Below, piece by piece: positions 35,895 through 46,230 of a stretch of 64,000 bases of DNA. Both the position numbers and the translations under genes were made by a program. The stretch is from Myxococcota bacterium (lineage in GTDB: Bacteria; Myxococcota_A; UBA9160; UBA6930): contig OZ245002.1 of NCBI GenBank assembly GCA_965223415.1, forward strand, positions 2,528,001-2,592,000, read 5' to 3'. The notes below the pieces were generated by a model. It did no database searches. It had not been told where the DNA came from and worked only from the letters and a program-made list of their open reading frames with translations. Each line of letters begins with the position of its first letter. Position 1 is the first letter of the stretch.

Positions 35895-36677
35895 GTGGAT
35901 CCGGACGTCGCCGCGATCGAGCGGGCGGCCTACGAGGCATGGCCGGCCGCGGAAGTCGCGGAGCTCGGGGGATGGCGGCTGCGCTTCAACCACGGGGTGA
36001 CGAACCGCGGGAACTCGGTCTGGCCCGGTCCGGGCTCGGGGTCGGAGGCCGCCAGCGGAGAAGACGTCGCCTCGCGCATCGCCACCGCAGAGGCGTTCTA
36101 CGCAGAGCGCGGGCGGCGGGCGATCTTCCAGCTCGTTCCGGTTGCCGCGCCCGCCAGCCTCGACGGCGCCCTCGCGGCCCGGGGCTACGAGGCGTTCTCC
36201 CCGGTGCACGTGCAGACGGCGGAGGCGGCGGCGATCGCGGCGTTGCCGGCGCCGCCGGGCCTGGAGCTCGGCTGCGACGACGCGCCGTCGGAGGCGTGGC
36301 TCGATCTCGCGACCCGGCGGGGCCGCTACACCGGCGTGAGCGCCGGCGTCTTCCTCGCCATGCTGGGGCGCCTCGCGGGTCGGGCCGGCTTCGCCTGGGC
36401 CGCCGGCGAGCAGAGCCTGGCCGCGACCGGCCTCGTGGTCGCTGCGCCCCCCTGGGCCGGCATCTTCGCCATGCGGACGCTCGAGGCCTCTCGCGGCCGG
36501 GGCCTCGGCCGTGCCGTGCTTCGTGCGCTGGCCGGCTGGGCGGTGGGACGCGGCTCGCGCCGGCTCTATCTCCAGGTCGAGCAGGACAACCCCGCCGCTC
36601 TCGGCCTGTACGAGCGCGCGGGCTTCGAGACGCGCTACGACTACCACTACCGCAGGCCCGCAGGAGGATCCGCATGA
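35895..36677 (+). CDS. GNAT family N-acetyltransferase
   Basis: GWRLRFNHGVTNRGNSV, RGRGLGRAVL and LYLQVEQDNPAALGLYERAGF motifs. Confidence 0.88.
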   Translation: MDPDVAAIERAAYEAWPAAEVAELGGWRLRFNHGVTNRGNSVWPGPGSGSEAASGEDVASRIATAEAFYAERGRRAIFQLVPVAAPASLDGALAARGYEAFSPVHVQTAEAAAIAALPAPPGLELGCDDAPSEAWLDLATRRGRYTGVSAGVFLAMLGRLAGRAGFAWAAGEQSLAATGLVVAAPPWAGIFAMRTLEASRGRGLGRAVLRALAGWAVGRGSRRLYLQVEQDNPAALGLYERAGFETRYDYHYRRPAGGSA

Positions 36678-37186
36678 GCATCGAGCAGGAATCGACCGCC
36701 ACCTACGAGCGCTTCGTGGCGCTGCGCGACGAGATCGACCTCGGCAAGGCGAGCTGGTCGCAGCTCGCGGACTTCTTCACCGAGGACGCCGCCTACATCG
36801 ACCCGGCCTGGGGCCGCATCGAAGGCCGCGAGAACATCCGCGCCTTCTTCGAACGCTCGATGGCCGGGCTCACCGGCTACGGCTGGTCGACCCCCGAGAA
36901 CTGGACGATGGCCGGTGGCCATCGCCTGGTGAGCCAGTGGGACCAGGTGCTCGGCGAGAAGCCGGACGGCACGCCGTGGATGGTCCCCGGCCTCTCCATC
37001 CTCTACTACGCCGGCGACGGGCTCTTCTGCTACAGCCACGACCTGCTGAACATGACCCACATCGGCGAGACCCTGAAGGCCATGGAGTGGAAGCCGCCGG
37101 CGGAGTTCAACATGCCGCCGCGAGAGATCAGCCGAGACGTCTCCCTACCGAAGGCGTGGGCGCACCTGGAACCGAGCCGGGGCTGA
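36674..37186 (+). CDS. SnoaL-like / NTF2 family protein
   Basis: FFTEDAAYIDPAWGRIEGRENI..YAGDGLFCY. Confidence 0.85.
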   Translation: MSIEQESTATYERFVALRDEIDLGKASWSQLADFFTEDAAYIDPAWGRIEGRENIRAFFERSMAGLTGYGWSTPENWTMAGGHRLVSQWDQVLGEKPDGTPWMVPGLSILYYAGDGLFCYSHDLLNMTHIGETLKAMEWKPPAEFNMPPREISRDVSLPKAWAHLEPSRG

Positions 37187-37204
37187 ACCTCCCCCCTGTT
37201 GCGT

Positions 37205-38251
37205 CTACAGGCCGTAGGCTTCGGCCATCTCCGGGTCGCGCTCGGCGATGAGCTTTGCGAGCTCGACCATCACCTTGCACTGCTTGACGGTGGCGTCGTC
37301 CTGCATCTTGCCGTCGATCATGACGGTGCCGGAGCCGTCGCCCATCTCGTCGATGACCTTCTTGGCCCAGGCGACCTCGTCCGGCGGCGGGCTGAAGACG
37401 CGGCGGGCGATCTCGATCTGGTTCGGGTGCAGTGACCAGGCGCCGACGCAGCCCATGAGGAAGGCGTTGCGGAACTGGTCCTCGCAGGCGACCGCGTCGG
37501 CGATGTCGCCGAAGGGCCCGTAGAAGGGCAGGATGCCGGTGGCAGCGCAGGCGTCGACCATGCGCGCCATGGTGTAGTGCCACAGATCCTGCTGGGCCAC
37601 GGCGCGGGGCGCGTTCTCGTCCTCCTTGGGATCCTCCCGCACCAGGTAGCCCGGGTGACCACCGCCGACCCGCGTCGTCTTCATGCGGCGGCTGGCCGCG
37701 AGATCCGCCGGGCCGAGGCTCATGCCCTGCATGCGCGGACTGGCCAGGGCGATCTCCTCCACGTTGGCCACGCCGAGGGCGGTCTCGAGGATCGCGTGCA
37801 CGAGGATCGGCCGCTCGAGGCCGTGCTTGGCCTCGAGCTGGGCCAGGAGCTGGTCCACGTAGTGGATGTCCCAGGGGCCCTCGACCTTCGGGATCATCAC
37901 GACGTCGAGCTTGTCGCCGGCCTCGGCCAGGATGCGTAGCATGTCGTCCAGGAACCAGGGGCTGTCGAGGCTGTTCACGCGGGCCCAGAACTGGGTGGCG
38001 CCGAACTCCGTGTCCCGGGCGATCTTGCAAAGGCCCTCCCGCGCGGCCTCCTTGTTCTGCACCTCGATCGCGTCCTCGAGGTTCGCCAGGATGATGTCCA
38101 CCTTCTTGGCGATGTCGGGGACCTTCACCGCCATGCGCGGATTCGAGGGGTCGAAGAAGTGGATCATCCGCGAGGGGCGAACCGGGATGTCCACCGTGGG
38201 CGCCGGGGCGCCGATCGCGAGGGGCTTGCCGATGTTTCGGGGGTTTCGCAT
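37205..38251 (-). CDS. CoA ester lyase (HpcH/HpaI aldolase, CitE / malyl-CoA lyase family)
   Basis: [33 protein letters not shown] and GKMQDDA motifs. Confidence 0.9.
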   Translation of the reverse strand: MRNPRNIGKPLAIGAPAPTVDIPVRPSRMIHFFDPSNPRMAVKVPDIAKKVDIILANLEDAIEVQNKEAAREGLCKIARDTEFGATQFWARVNSLDSPWFLDDMLRILAEAGDKLDVVMIPKVEGPWDIHYVDQLLAQLEAKHGLERPILVHAILETALGVANVEEIALASPRMQGMSLGPADLAASRRMKTTRVGGGHPGYLVREDPKEDENAPRAVAQQDLWHYTMARMVDACAATGILPFYGPFGDIADAVACEDQFRNAFLMGCVGAWSLHPNQIEIARRVFSPPPDEVAWAKKVIDEMGDGSGTVMIDGKMQDDATVKQCKVMVELAKLIAERDPEMAEAYGL

Positions 38252-38307
38252 GGCGGGCGATTCTAGTCCTTTCGGGGAGAGGGCTCTAGCGGCTTCCGTC
38301 GGGGGCT

Positions 38308-41300
38308 CTAGCCGCTCACCGTCGCCGCCGCGACCGGCTTGCGCCGGAGCCGTGAGCGCAGCCAGCCGATGACGTCGTCGAGCACCAGGTAGAAGACCGG
38401 CACGATCAGCAGGGTGAGGGCCGTCGACGAGATCATGCCGGCTCCCGTCGCCACGGCCATCGGCGCCCGGCTCTCGGAGCCCGGACCAAGGCCCAGGGCC
38501 GCCGGCGCGACGCCGAAGATCATCGAGAGCGCCGTCATCAGCACCGGCCGCATGCGCACCGGCGCGGCGGTGGTCATGGCGGTGACCTTGTCCATCCCCC
38601 TGGCGCGGAGCTGGTTGGCGTAGTCCACCAGCAGGATCGAGTTCTTCGTGGCCAAGCCGAACAGCAGGATGATGCCGATCATCGAGAAGATGTTGAGCGT
38701 CATCCCCCGGAGGAAGAGCCCGCCGTAGGCGCCGACCATGGCCAAGGGCAGCGCGAGCATCACCGTGAGCGGGTGCACGAGGCTCTCGAACTGGGCGGCC
38801 AGGATCATGTAGATCACGAGGATGGCCAGCACCATCGCGAAGCCCAGCTCACGGAAGGAGGAGAGGAACTCCTCGGAGCCGCCCGCGGCCACGAGCTTCA
38901 CCTCCTCGGGGAGGAGGCCGGCGGCGATCTCCTGGGCTTCCGCCAGGGCAGCGCCCAGATCCTTGCCTTCGAGATTCGCCGAGACCTCGACGCTGCGCTG
39001 TCGATCGGTCCGGGTGATGGTGGAAGGCGCCGCGCTCTTCTCGATCCGCACCAGGTTGCGGAGCTCGACGACATCGCCACCGCGGGTGCGCACGTAGAGG
39101 CCGAGGATCGAGCGCGGATCCGCACGGTCCTCTTGCTCGAGCCGCATGCGGATGTCGTAGCGGTTGCCCGCCTCCTTGAAGGTGCCGACCCGCAGACCGC
39201 CGATCATCGCCTGGACGGTGGAGGCGAGCTGGTCCGCGTCCACGCCGAGCGCCGCGGCCTTCTCGCGGTCCGGAATCACCCGAAGCTCCGGGCTTCCCAT
39301 CTTGAGGCTCTTGTTCAGGTCGACATAGCCGCCCCGACCGTCGAGCTCCGCGATCATGCGGTCGGCCAGTCCATCGAGGATGTCGAGCTCCACGTTGCCC
39401 TGGAGCAGGAACTCCATGTCGCCGGAGTCAGAGCTGTGGCCGAAGCCGGACATGTCGCTCGCCCGGATCCGCACCCCGGGAATGCGGCCGAGCACCTCGC
39501 GCGCCTCGGCGACCAGCTCGTGGGAGCTCCGCTCCCGATCGCCCCGGTTCTTGAGCATCACGAACATGATCCCGCGGGTCGGATCGTTGCCGCTCGAGGA
39601 GCCACCGGAGCCGGCGCCGGCGAACACGCCGGCGACCTCGGGTTGGGCCAGCACCCATTTCTCGGCGCGCTTCACCATCTCGAGCGTACCCTCGGGACTC
39701 GTGCCCGGCGGCGTCTCGATGGAGACGAAGAAGCGCCCCTCGTCCGACGAAGGGAAGAACTCGGCGCCGAGCTGGCCGGCCAGGCCGAAGGCGGCGAGGA
39801 AGGTCAGCCCGGCCACGCCCAGGGTCGCGGCGCGATGGCCAACCGCCCAGTGGAGCACCCGCCGGTAGCCGCGTTCCAGGGCGTCGAGCCAGCGCTCGAA
39901 GGTGTCGTAGATGCCGCCGTGGGAGCGCTCCTTGGGCGCCGGAATCCGCGCGGCGAGCATCGGCGTGAGGGTGAGGGCGACGATCAGGGAGATCATCACC
40001 GCAGCGGCGACGGTGGCGCCGAACTCCGCCAGGAAGTTGCCGACCATGCCCTCGACGAAGATCACCGGCAGGAAGACGACCGCGATCGAAACCGTCGCCG
40101 CCGTCGCGGCGAAGGCGATCTCCCGCGCTCCCCGCGATGCGGCGGCTTTCGGGTCCTCGCCTTCCTCGCGGTGCCGCTCGATGTTCTCCAGCACCACGAT
40201 GGCATCGTCGATCACCACCCCCACGGCGAGGGTCAGCGCCAGGATCGTCATCGTGTTCAGCGTGTAGTCGAACATCCACATCACGCCGAAGGTGGTGACG
40301 AGGGAGAAGGGGATGGCCAGGGCCACGATCAGGGTCGGCCGAAAGCGCCGCAGGAAAACGAAGACCGTCAGCGTCGCGAGGATCGCGCCGAACCACAGGC
40401 TGAAGATCGCCTCTTCGACCGCGTGGCGGATGGAGCGAGAGAAGTCCGCGACGCCGTCCCCCTGCTTGAACCTCATGTCGGCGGGAAGCGTCTCCTGGAT
40501 CTTCCCCAGGCGGTGCAGCACCTCGTCGGCGACCGCCACGGTGTTGCCGTCGGAGGTCTTCACCACGCCGATGCCGACGGCCGTCGAGCCGTCGTAGCGG
40601 GAATAGAAGCGCTGGTCCTCGACGCCGTCCTCCACCCGGGCGACGTCCCGCAACCGCACCGGCGCACCGTCCTCGAAGGCGAGCACCATGTCGGCGAGCT
40701 CCTCCACGGTGCGGTACTCGGCGTCGGTCTTCACCGAGAACTCGATGAGCCCGCCCTCGACCACGCCGCCGGGCCGCTCCACGTGCTCCCGGCGGAGCGC
40801 GCCGATCACGTCGGTGGCGGCGAGCCCCCGCGCGCGCAGGGCCTCCCCGTCCAGCCAGATGCGGATCTCCCGCTCCAGCTCGCCGAAGATCTCGATGCCC
40901 GCCACCCCGGGCACCGTCTCGACCTTGGGCTTCACCTGGTGCTTCACGAACTCGCTGGCCTCGGCCTGGGGCCGGGGACTCATCAGCGGAACCCACATGA
41001 TCGGGAAGCCGCCGAAATCCCGTTTGCTGACGACGGGCGGCTCGAGATCCTCGGGGAGGTCGAAACGCGCGCGCTCGACGCGATCCCGCACGTCCTGGGT
41101 GGCCGCGTCGAGGTCGGTGCCCAGCTCGAACTCGACGCCGATCGTGGTGATGCCCTGGCGGGAACGCGAGGAGAGCTTGCGCACCCCCTCGATCGTGTTC
41201 AGGTGCTCCTCGAGCGGATCGGTGATGTCTTCCTCCACCACCTCGGGGCTCGCCCCCTCCAGGACCGCCGTGACGCCGACGACCGGGAACTCCATGTCCG

Positions 41301-41412
41301 GATACTGGTCCACGCCGAGGCGGACGAAACCGAGCACGCCGAACACGACCAGGGAGAGCGTCACCATCCAGGTGAGGATGGGGCGCTGGATGAAGAGATC
41401 GATCCAGCTCAA
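38308..41412 (-). CDS. RND efflux permease (AcrB/AcrD/AcrF family)
   Basis: [41 protein letters not shown] and RMRPVLMT motifs. Confidence 0.95.
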   Translation of the reverse strand: MSWIDLFIQRPILTWMVTLSLVVFGVLGFVRLGVDQYPDMEFPVVGVTAVLEGASPEVVEEDITDPLEEHLNTIEGVRKLSSRSRQGITTIGVEFELGTDLDAATQDVRDRVERARFDLPEDLEPPVVSKRDFGGFPIMWVPLMSPRPQAEASEFVKHQVKPKVETVPGVAGIEIFGELEREIRIWLDGEALRARGLAATDVIGALRREHVERPGGVVEGGLIEFSVKTDAEYRTVEELADMVLAFEDGAPVRLRDVARVEDGVEDQRFYSRYDGSTAVGIGVVKTSDGNTVAVADEVLHRLGKIQETLPADMRFKQGDGVADFSRSIRHAVEEAIFSLWFGAILATLTVFVFLRRFRPTLIVALAIPFSLVTTFGVMWMFDYTLNTMTILALTLAVGVVIDDAIVVLENIERHREEGEDPKAAASRGAREIAFAATAATVSIAVVFLPVIFVEGMVGNFLAEFGATVAAAVMISLIVALTLTPMLAARIPAPKERSHGGIYDTFERWLDALERGYRRVLHWAVGHRAATLGVAGLTFLAAFGLAGQLGAEFFPSSDEGRFFVSIETPPGTSPEGTLEMVKRAEKWVLAQPEVAGVFAGAGSGGSSSGNDPTRGIMFVMLKNRGDRERSSHELVAEAREVLGRIPGVRIRASDMSGFGHSSDSGDMEFLLQGNVELDILDGLADRMIAELDGRGGYVDLNKSLKMGSPELRVIPDREKAAALGVDADQLASTVQAMIGGLRVGTFKEAGNRYDIRMRLEQEDRADPRSILGLYVRTRGGDVVELRNLVRIEKSAAPSTITRTDRQRSVEVSANLEGKDLGAALAEAQEIAAGLLPEEVKLVAAGGSEEFLSSFRELGFAMVLAILVIYMILAAQFESLVHPLTVMLALPLAMVGAYGGLFLRGMTLNIFSMIGIILLFGLATKNSILLVDYANQLRARGMDKVTAMTTAAPVRMRPVLMTALSMIFGVAPAALGLGPGSESRAPMAVATGAGMISSTALTLLIVPVFYLVLDDVIGWLRSRLRRKPVAAATVSG

Positions 41413-42572
41413 CGGAGGGCCTCGCCGGGGCCGCTGCTGCCGGAAGCCAGGTGCGGCTCGTCGGCGGCCACGTTCAGCTCGCTGCGCTCGTCGCTCCCGT
41501 CCGGATTGCGACGGGAGACGAGCATGCCGTCGTCCAGGGCGGCGTGCCCACGGGTGATCACCTCGTCGTCGGTCGTGAGCCCGGAGAGGATCTCGATGTG
41601 ATCGCCCTGGTGGAGGCCCGTCTCCACCTCCACGCGACGCACGCGGTTCTCGGCGTTCACGGTGTAGACGACCTGCCCGTCGGCGCGGAGCAGGACCGCC
41701 TCCTCCGGCACGATCAGCGCGCCCGGCCGCTTCGCGACGCCGAGGTCCGCCCTGGCGAAGAGCCCGGGCCGCAGGCGGCCGTCGGCGTTGGCGATGCGGG
41801 CCTTCACGCGGAGCGTCCGGGTGCGGCTGTCGACGCGAGGCGAGACGACGGAGACCCGCCCCGTGAACACGTCCTCCGGGTAGGGAGCCACCCGAACCGC
41901 GACCTCGAGGCCGACCGAGACCCGGGCCGTATCCCGCTCGGCGACGGCGAACTCCACCTCGATGGGGTCGAGGGAGACCAGATCGAAGAGCGGCTGCCCC
42001 ACCTGCACGTACTCGCCGCGGGAAACCTCGCGGGAGGCGACGAGCCCCGCGAACGGCGCCCGCACCTGGCTGTCCTCCACTGCGCGGGCCGCCACGCCGA
42101 CCCGGGCCTCGGCCCCCTGCAGGCGCGAGCGGGCCAACGCGAGCGCGGTGTCCGCCCGGTCGAGATCCTGGTTCGATGCGATGTCCCGCTCGTGCAGCTG
42201 CTGGACCCGGGCGCGCTCCCGTTGCTGCTCCTCCAGGTTGGCTCGGGCCTCGGTGAGCCGCGCACGGGCATCGGCCAGCTCGAGCTCCCGCTTCTGCGGG
42301 TCGATCGAGAGCAGCAGGCCGCCCTCCTCCACCGGATCGCCCTCGTCGACCACCAGCTCGGTGATGCGTCCCGGCACCTCGGAGGCGATCGTCGCCGCGT
42401 CCCGCGCGCGCAGCTCGCCGGTGGCCTCGATGCGTTCTTCGAGGGTCACCGCTTCCACGGGACCCACTACGACCGGGCGCGCGAACTCCGTCGGCGCCTC
42501 GGACGCCTCGTTGCAGGCGAGCAGCGCCGCAGCGGCGATCGCCACGGGGATCGCCGTCCATTCAATTCGCAT
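41409..42572 (-). CDS. RND membrane fusion protein
   Basis: Lipobox LLAC, ASEVPGRI, coiled-coil hairpin, RAPFAG and LRPGLF motifs. Confidence 0.93.
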   Translation of the reverse strand: MRIEWTAIPVAIAAAALLACNEASEAPTEFARPVVVGPVEAVTLEERIEATGELRARDAATIASEVPGRITELVVDEGDPVEEGGLLLSIDPQKRELELADARARLTEARANLEEQQRERARVQQLHERDIASNQDLDRADTALALARSRLQGAEARVGVAARAVEDSQVRAPFAGLVASREVSRGEYVQVGQPLFDLVSLDPIEVEFAVAERDTARVSVGLEVAVRVAPYPEDVFTGRVSVVSPRVDSRTRTLRVKARIANADGRLRPGLFARADLGVAKRPGALIVPEEAVLLRADGQVVYTVNAENRVRRVEVETGLHQGDHIEILSGLTTDDEVITRGHAALDDGMLVSRRNPDGSDERSELNVAADEPHLASGSSGPGEALR

Positions 42573-43218
42573 CGTCCATCCTCTTCTTTTTCGGCTTCGG
42601 CCGGCGCCGGGGCGGCATCGTGGGAGCGGGCTCGACGAGGCCGCGCAGCAGGGCCTCGATCGCGTCGTCGGTGAGGGTCTTGGACCAGGGCCGATCGGGC
42701 CGCTGGATGCGACCCGAGATCAGGCCATGGCAGAGCGCCCAGAGGGACTGGGCGGCGCTCTCCGCGTCGCCGCTGCGGAGTCGTCCCTCCTCCCACAGCC
42801 GCTGCCAGATGTCGTCGAGGCGGGCGCGCACACCGTCGAGGCGCGCCGGCGGCTCGCGCTCCGGAGCACGCGCCAGGAACAGGAGGCGGTAGTGGTCCGG
42901 GTGGCGGATTCCGAAGCGCACGAAGGCCTTGGCCATGCGCGTCAGGTCCTCGATCGGGTCCTCACCGCGAGCGGCGCGCCCGAGCTGACCGGAGAGGCGC
43001 GCGAAGGTCTCGACGAGGATGGCGTCGAAGAGGCCGTCCTTGTCGCCGAAGTGGTGGTAGATCGTCGGCGCGGTGTAGCCACAGCGGTCCACCAGGCGGC
43101 GGATGGAGAACGCCTCGTAGCCCTCCTCGAGGAGGAGGGCTTCGGCGGCGCGGAGGATCACGCGACGCGCCTCGCCACGGCGCTCGCGCCGGCGCTCCTG
43201 CTGGGGCTCGGCACTCAT
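42562..43218 (-). CDS. TetR/AcrR family regulator
   Basis: ILRAAEALLLEEGYEAFSIRRL..TAPTIYHHFGDKDGL; WALCHG C-terminal motif. Confidence 0.93.
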   Translation of the reverse strand: MSAEPQQERRRERRGEARRVILRAAEALLLEEGYEAFSIRRLVDRCGYTAPTIYHHFGDKDGLFDAILVETFARLSGQLGRAARGEDPIEDLTRMAKAFVRFGIRHPDHYRLLFLARAPEREPPARLDGVRARLDDIWQRLWEEGRLRSGDAESAAQSLWALCHGLISGRIQRPDRPWSKTLTDDAIEALLRGLVEPAPTMPPRRRPKPKKKRMDDAN

Positions 43219-43264
43219 GGAGGAGGAAAGGGGTTCGGTCCGTGGGCGCGGAGGAACGGGTTGG

Positions 43265-43292
43265 AAGCTATCTAACGCTGTTAAAGTGTCAA
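43265..43292 (-). promoter_or_regulatory. tetR-RND promoter with palindromic operator
   Basis: TTGACA-N16-TAGCTT with TAAC-AGC-GTTA in the spacer. Confidence 0.7.
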
Positions 43293-43372
43293 GTTGTGCC
43301 CGCGACAATCGTGCTAGTGATTTCTGGCTAGGTCCGTTGCTCGGCGAACCCCCATTCACGCGCCCAAGACCG

Positions 43373-44461
43373 CTACGCGGCGTAGCGAAGCCGATGGTCG
43401 CGCGCCCTCGCAAGCTGACGGGTCGGGATCTTCCCGAAGTACGCCCGGCGCATCGAAGGGTCCAGAGGGGTGCGCGAGGGGAAGATCCGCTCGGCGAAGA
43501 TCGCAGCCCAGTTGAGCGGAGCCGCCTCGAGGCCGAGCCGCATCGCCGGCGTACCGCCACCCCGCCGCTCCGAGAGCTGCTTGACGTGGTTGCGCCACAC
43601 CCGGTGGATCGCCTCCCGCCACAGCATGGCCTGGTTGCGCTTCGAGAAGGCGATCGTCTCCCGCTTGTGGTTCGCCCCGTCATGACGCAGCAAGAAGTGG
43701 TAGAGGTTGACGGGGAAGAGCGGGTTCTGCGGAGTCCGCGGGGCCTTCGAGGACGTGACCTCGTGATGGATGGACCAGGGGGCCAAGGCGGGCGGATACT
43801 GGCGGTGGTCGTCGGAGCGCACGATGGCGCTGGCCCCTTCGGGGAGGATCCGGGCCAGGGCCTCGGCCACACCGCGCTGGACGGATCGGGGAGAGGGCCG
43901 GCCGTAGTGGGCCTCGAGCTCCTGGCGCCGGGCCTTCTGCTCGGGCGTCATGCGGCCCTTGCGCCGGAGCTCGGAGACGGTCGTGGCGTAGACGAAGTGG
44001 CTCTCGGCCCCGACCAGGGTGTTCAGGTGGGTGACCCAGTACTGGCTGAACTCGAAGGTCTCGAAGCCGTCGAGGACGAGGGGCTCGGTGGGAGCGGCGC
44101 GGGGGCGTCGCCGCTCGTGGTAGAGAAGGCAGTGACGGCCGGCGCGGGCGAGGTGGAGGGCAACGGTGGAGGGGGAAACGCCGTAGAGACGGGCCATCTG
44201 GCGCAGGCCGGAGCAGGCCAGGCTGGTCTGCAGCAGGAGGCCGAGCAGGTCGGGCCGCTTGAGCCAGTAGGTGGTGGAGAAGGTCTGGGTACTGAAGGAC
44301 CGGCGGCAGCGTGAACAGCGGTACCGCTGGATGCGGCGGCCGTCGCACTGGCGGTGGTGGAATCCGTCGCGCTTGTAGCGCCAACCCCCTGGATCCGAGT
44401 GGTACCGGCACTGCGGGTTCGGGCAGTGGGGCGGCTGAAAGGCCTGCGGCGACGAGGACAT
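43373..44461 (-). CDS. IS1-like single-ORF transposase (Zn ribbon + HTH + DDE-like)
   Basis: CPNPQC..QRYRCSRCRRSFS, LRQMARLYGVSPSTV, LDGFETF, RSD, RETIAFSK and TPAMRLGL motifs. Confidence 0.75.
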   Translation of the reverse strand: MSSSPQAFQPPHCPNPQCRYHSDPGGWRYKRDGFHHRQCDGRRIQRYRCSRCRRSFSTQTFSTTYWLKRPDLLGLLLQTSLACSGLRQMARLYGVSPSTVALHLARAGRHCLLYHERRRPRAAPTEPLVLDGFETFEFSQYWVTHLNTLVGAESHFVYATTVSELRRKGRMTPEQKARRQELEAHYGRPSPRSVQRGVAEALARILPEGASAIVRSDDHRQYPPALAPWSIHHEVTSSKAPRTPQNPLFPVNLYHFLLRHDGANHKRETIAFSKRNQAMLWREAIHRVWRNHVKQLSERRGGGTPAMRLGLEAAPLNWAAIFAERIFPSRTPLDPSMRRAYFGKIPTRQLARARDHRLRYAA

Positions 44462-44473
44462 GCCGCCTGCCAC

Positions 44474-44489
44474 TGCCAACCACGTGCCA
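44474..44489 (-). promoter_or_regulatory. sigma54-type -24/-12 promoter of the IS1-like gene
   Basis: TGGCACGTGGTTGGCA (GG-N10-GC); the GC lies 13 nt before the ATG. Confidence 0.55.
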
Positions 44490-44555
44490 GCACGATTCTC
44501 CCGGGCACATCAAAAGTGTCAAGCTGGCTGGCTCCCGTGCCGCTATCCTGCGCCC

Positions 44556-44639
44556 ATGACCGCGCTCCGCAGCCACCTCCCCCCCTTCCCCATGGGCATG
44601 CCCGCGGCGCCTCGCCGTCGGGAGGAGGTGGGCGTGTAG
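44556..44639 (+). CDS. putative Met-containing attenuator leader peptide (27 aa)
   Basis: MTALRSHLPPFPMGMPAAPRRREEVGV; TATCCT -10-like box ends 6 nt before the ATG. Confidence 0.55.
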   Translation: MTALRSHLPPFPMGMPAAPRRREEVGV

Positions 44640-44668
44640 CCCATTCGCCAACCCGGCCCGGCGAGGCG

Positions 44669-44702
44669 CCCCGATCGGACGTTCCGGTCGGGGTTTTTCT
44701 TT
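44669..44702 (+). terminator. intrinsic terminator (attenuator) upstream of the MetRS gene
   Basis: CCCCGATCGGA-CGT-TCCGGTCGGGG-TTTTTCTTT. Confidence 0.85.
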
Positions 44703-46209
44703 GCCCGCTCGCCAGAAGGAGTCCCGCCTTGGGAATGCCCATGACCCGATCGCCCTCACCACACCCATCTACTATGTGAACGGTCCGCCCCACCTGGGCC
44801 ACGCGAGCTGCACGGTCGCCGTGGACGCGGTGGCCCGGCACCATCGCGGCCGCGGCCGGTCGGTCTTCTTCCAGACCGGCACCGACGAGCACGGGCTCAA
44901 CGTGGAGCGCACCGCCGCGCGGGAGGGCCTGCACCCGCGGGCGCTCGCCGACCGCAACGCGGAGCGCTACAGGGCCGCCTGGGACGCCCTCGACGTCCGC
45001 CCGGACCGCTTCCTCCGCACGACGGAAGCGGCCCACCACCGGGCGGCCCAGGCGCTCTGGCGCCGGCTCGAGCGCGCAGGTGCCCTTCGTCGGGGCACCT
45101 ACGAGGGCTCCTACTGCGCGCCCTGCGAGGCCTTCCTGGCGGAGGCCGAGCTCGGGCCGGGCGGGCGTTGCCCCGTCCACGGCGTGCCCTGCGAGCGGCA
45201 GCGGGAGACCAACACCTTCCTGTGTCTCTCGCGCCAGGCCGCGGCGTTGCGGGCCCTCGTCGCCGAGAGCGGCTTCGTGGAGCCCCGCAGCTACCGGGGC
45301 GAGGTGCTCGGCTGGTTCGATCGCGGCCTGCCGGACCTCTCCCTCACCCGACAGAGCGTGCGCTGGGGCATCCCCGCGCCGGGGCTGCCAGGAGAGGTGC
45401 TCTACGTGTTCGGTGCCGACGCCCTCACCAACTACCTCACCGGCCAGGGCTTCCCGGATCCGGAAGGTGCGTGGCCCACGCTCTTCCCGCGCACGGTCCA
45501 CGTGATCGGCAAGGAGATCCTGCGTTTCCACGCGCTCTCGTGGCCGGGGCTGCTGCGCGCGGCCGGGCTGCCGCTGCCGAGGGGGCTGCGGGTCCACGGC
45601 CACTTCACCGTGGAGGGGGAGAAGATCTCCAAGACCCGTGGCAACGCGGTCGATCCGCTGGCGCTGGCGGAGGAGGTCGGCGCGGACGCCCTGCGCTTCT
45701 TCCTGCTGCGCAGCAAGCCCTTCGATCGGGACGGCGACTTCTCCCGGGGCCGAGCCGTTCGCCAGTGGAACGCGGAGCTGGCCGGCGGCCTCGGCAATTG
45801 GGCCCAGCGCGTGGCGGCCCTCGGCGACCGCGCCGGCCGGATCGGCGCTGCCGTCCCGGCGGTGCGCGCTGCCGACGACTTCCGGTTGCTCGCAGCAGCC
45901 GCCGGAGCCGAGCGTGCCGCGGCGGAAGCCTACGAGGAGTTCGCGTTCCACCGGGCCCTCGGCGAGGCCGCGTCGCTGGTGGCCGAGGCGAGCCGGCACC
46001 TGGAGGCGGTGGCACCGTGGGCTCTGCTCCGGAGCGGAGGCGCTGCCGATCGGCGGCGCTGCGCGGAGGCGTTGGAAGCGCACCGGCGTGCCCTCGCGGT
46101 GGCGGCGCGCATCGTCGCTCCGGTCACGCCGCGGGCCGCGGCGGTCCTGGCCGCCCGGCTGGAAAGCGGCCTGCCTCCGGGCCCGCCGATCTTCCCGCGG
46201 CTCGAGTGA
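44701..46209 (+). CDS. metG: divergent methionyl-tRNA synthetase (short MetRS1 type; 5' end apparently frameshifted)
   Basis: TTPIYYVNGPPHLGH, TGTDEHG, CAPCE..CPVH knuckle, WGIP, HVIGKEILRFH and KISKTRGN motifs. Confidence 0.8.
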   Translation: MPARQKESRLGNAHDPIALTTPIYYVNGPPHLGHASCTVAVDAVARHHRGRGRSVFFQTGTDEHGLNVERTAAREGLHPRALADRNAERYRAAWDALDVRPDRFLRTTEAAHHRAAQALWRRLERAGALRRGTYEGSYCAPCEAFLAEAELGPGGRCPVHGVPCERQRETNTFLCLSRQAAALRALVAESGFVEPRSYRGEVLGWFDRGLPDLSLTRQSVRWGIPAPGLPGEVLYVFGADALTNYLTGQGFPDPEGAWPTLFPRTVHVIGKEILRFHALSWPGLLRAAGLPLPRGLRVHGHFTVEGEKISKTRGNAVDPLALAEEVGADALRFFLLRSKPFDRDGDFSRGRAVRQWNAELAGGLGNWAQRVAALGDRAGRIGAAVPAVRAADDFRLLAAAAGAERAAAEAYEEFAFHRALGEAASLVAEASRHLEAVAPWALLRSGGAADRRRCAEALEAHRRALAVAARIVAPVTPRAAAVLAARLESGLPPGPPIFPRLE

Positions 46210-46230
46210 GTCGCGTATGCTGGGCTCGCC

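Larger units (their letters stand above)
43292..44512 (-). mobile_element. IS1-like insertion sequence
   Basis: IRs 43295-43315 and 44489-44509 (19/21 identical), flanked by the direct repeat AAAGTGTCA (43283-43291, 44513-44521). Confidence 0.8.

Noticed and set aside
44524..44702. T-box or SAM riboswitch upstream of metG
   Set aside because: No GGTGG.ACC T-box motif or SAM-I core recognisable, and the leader is short.
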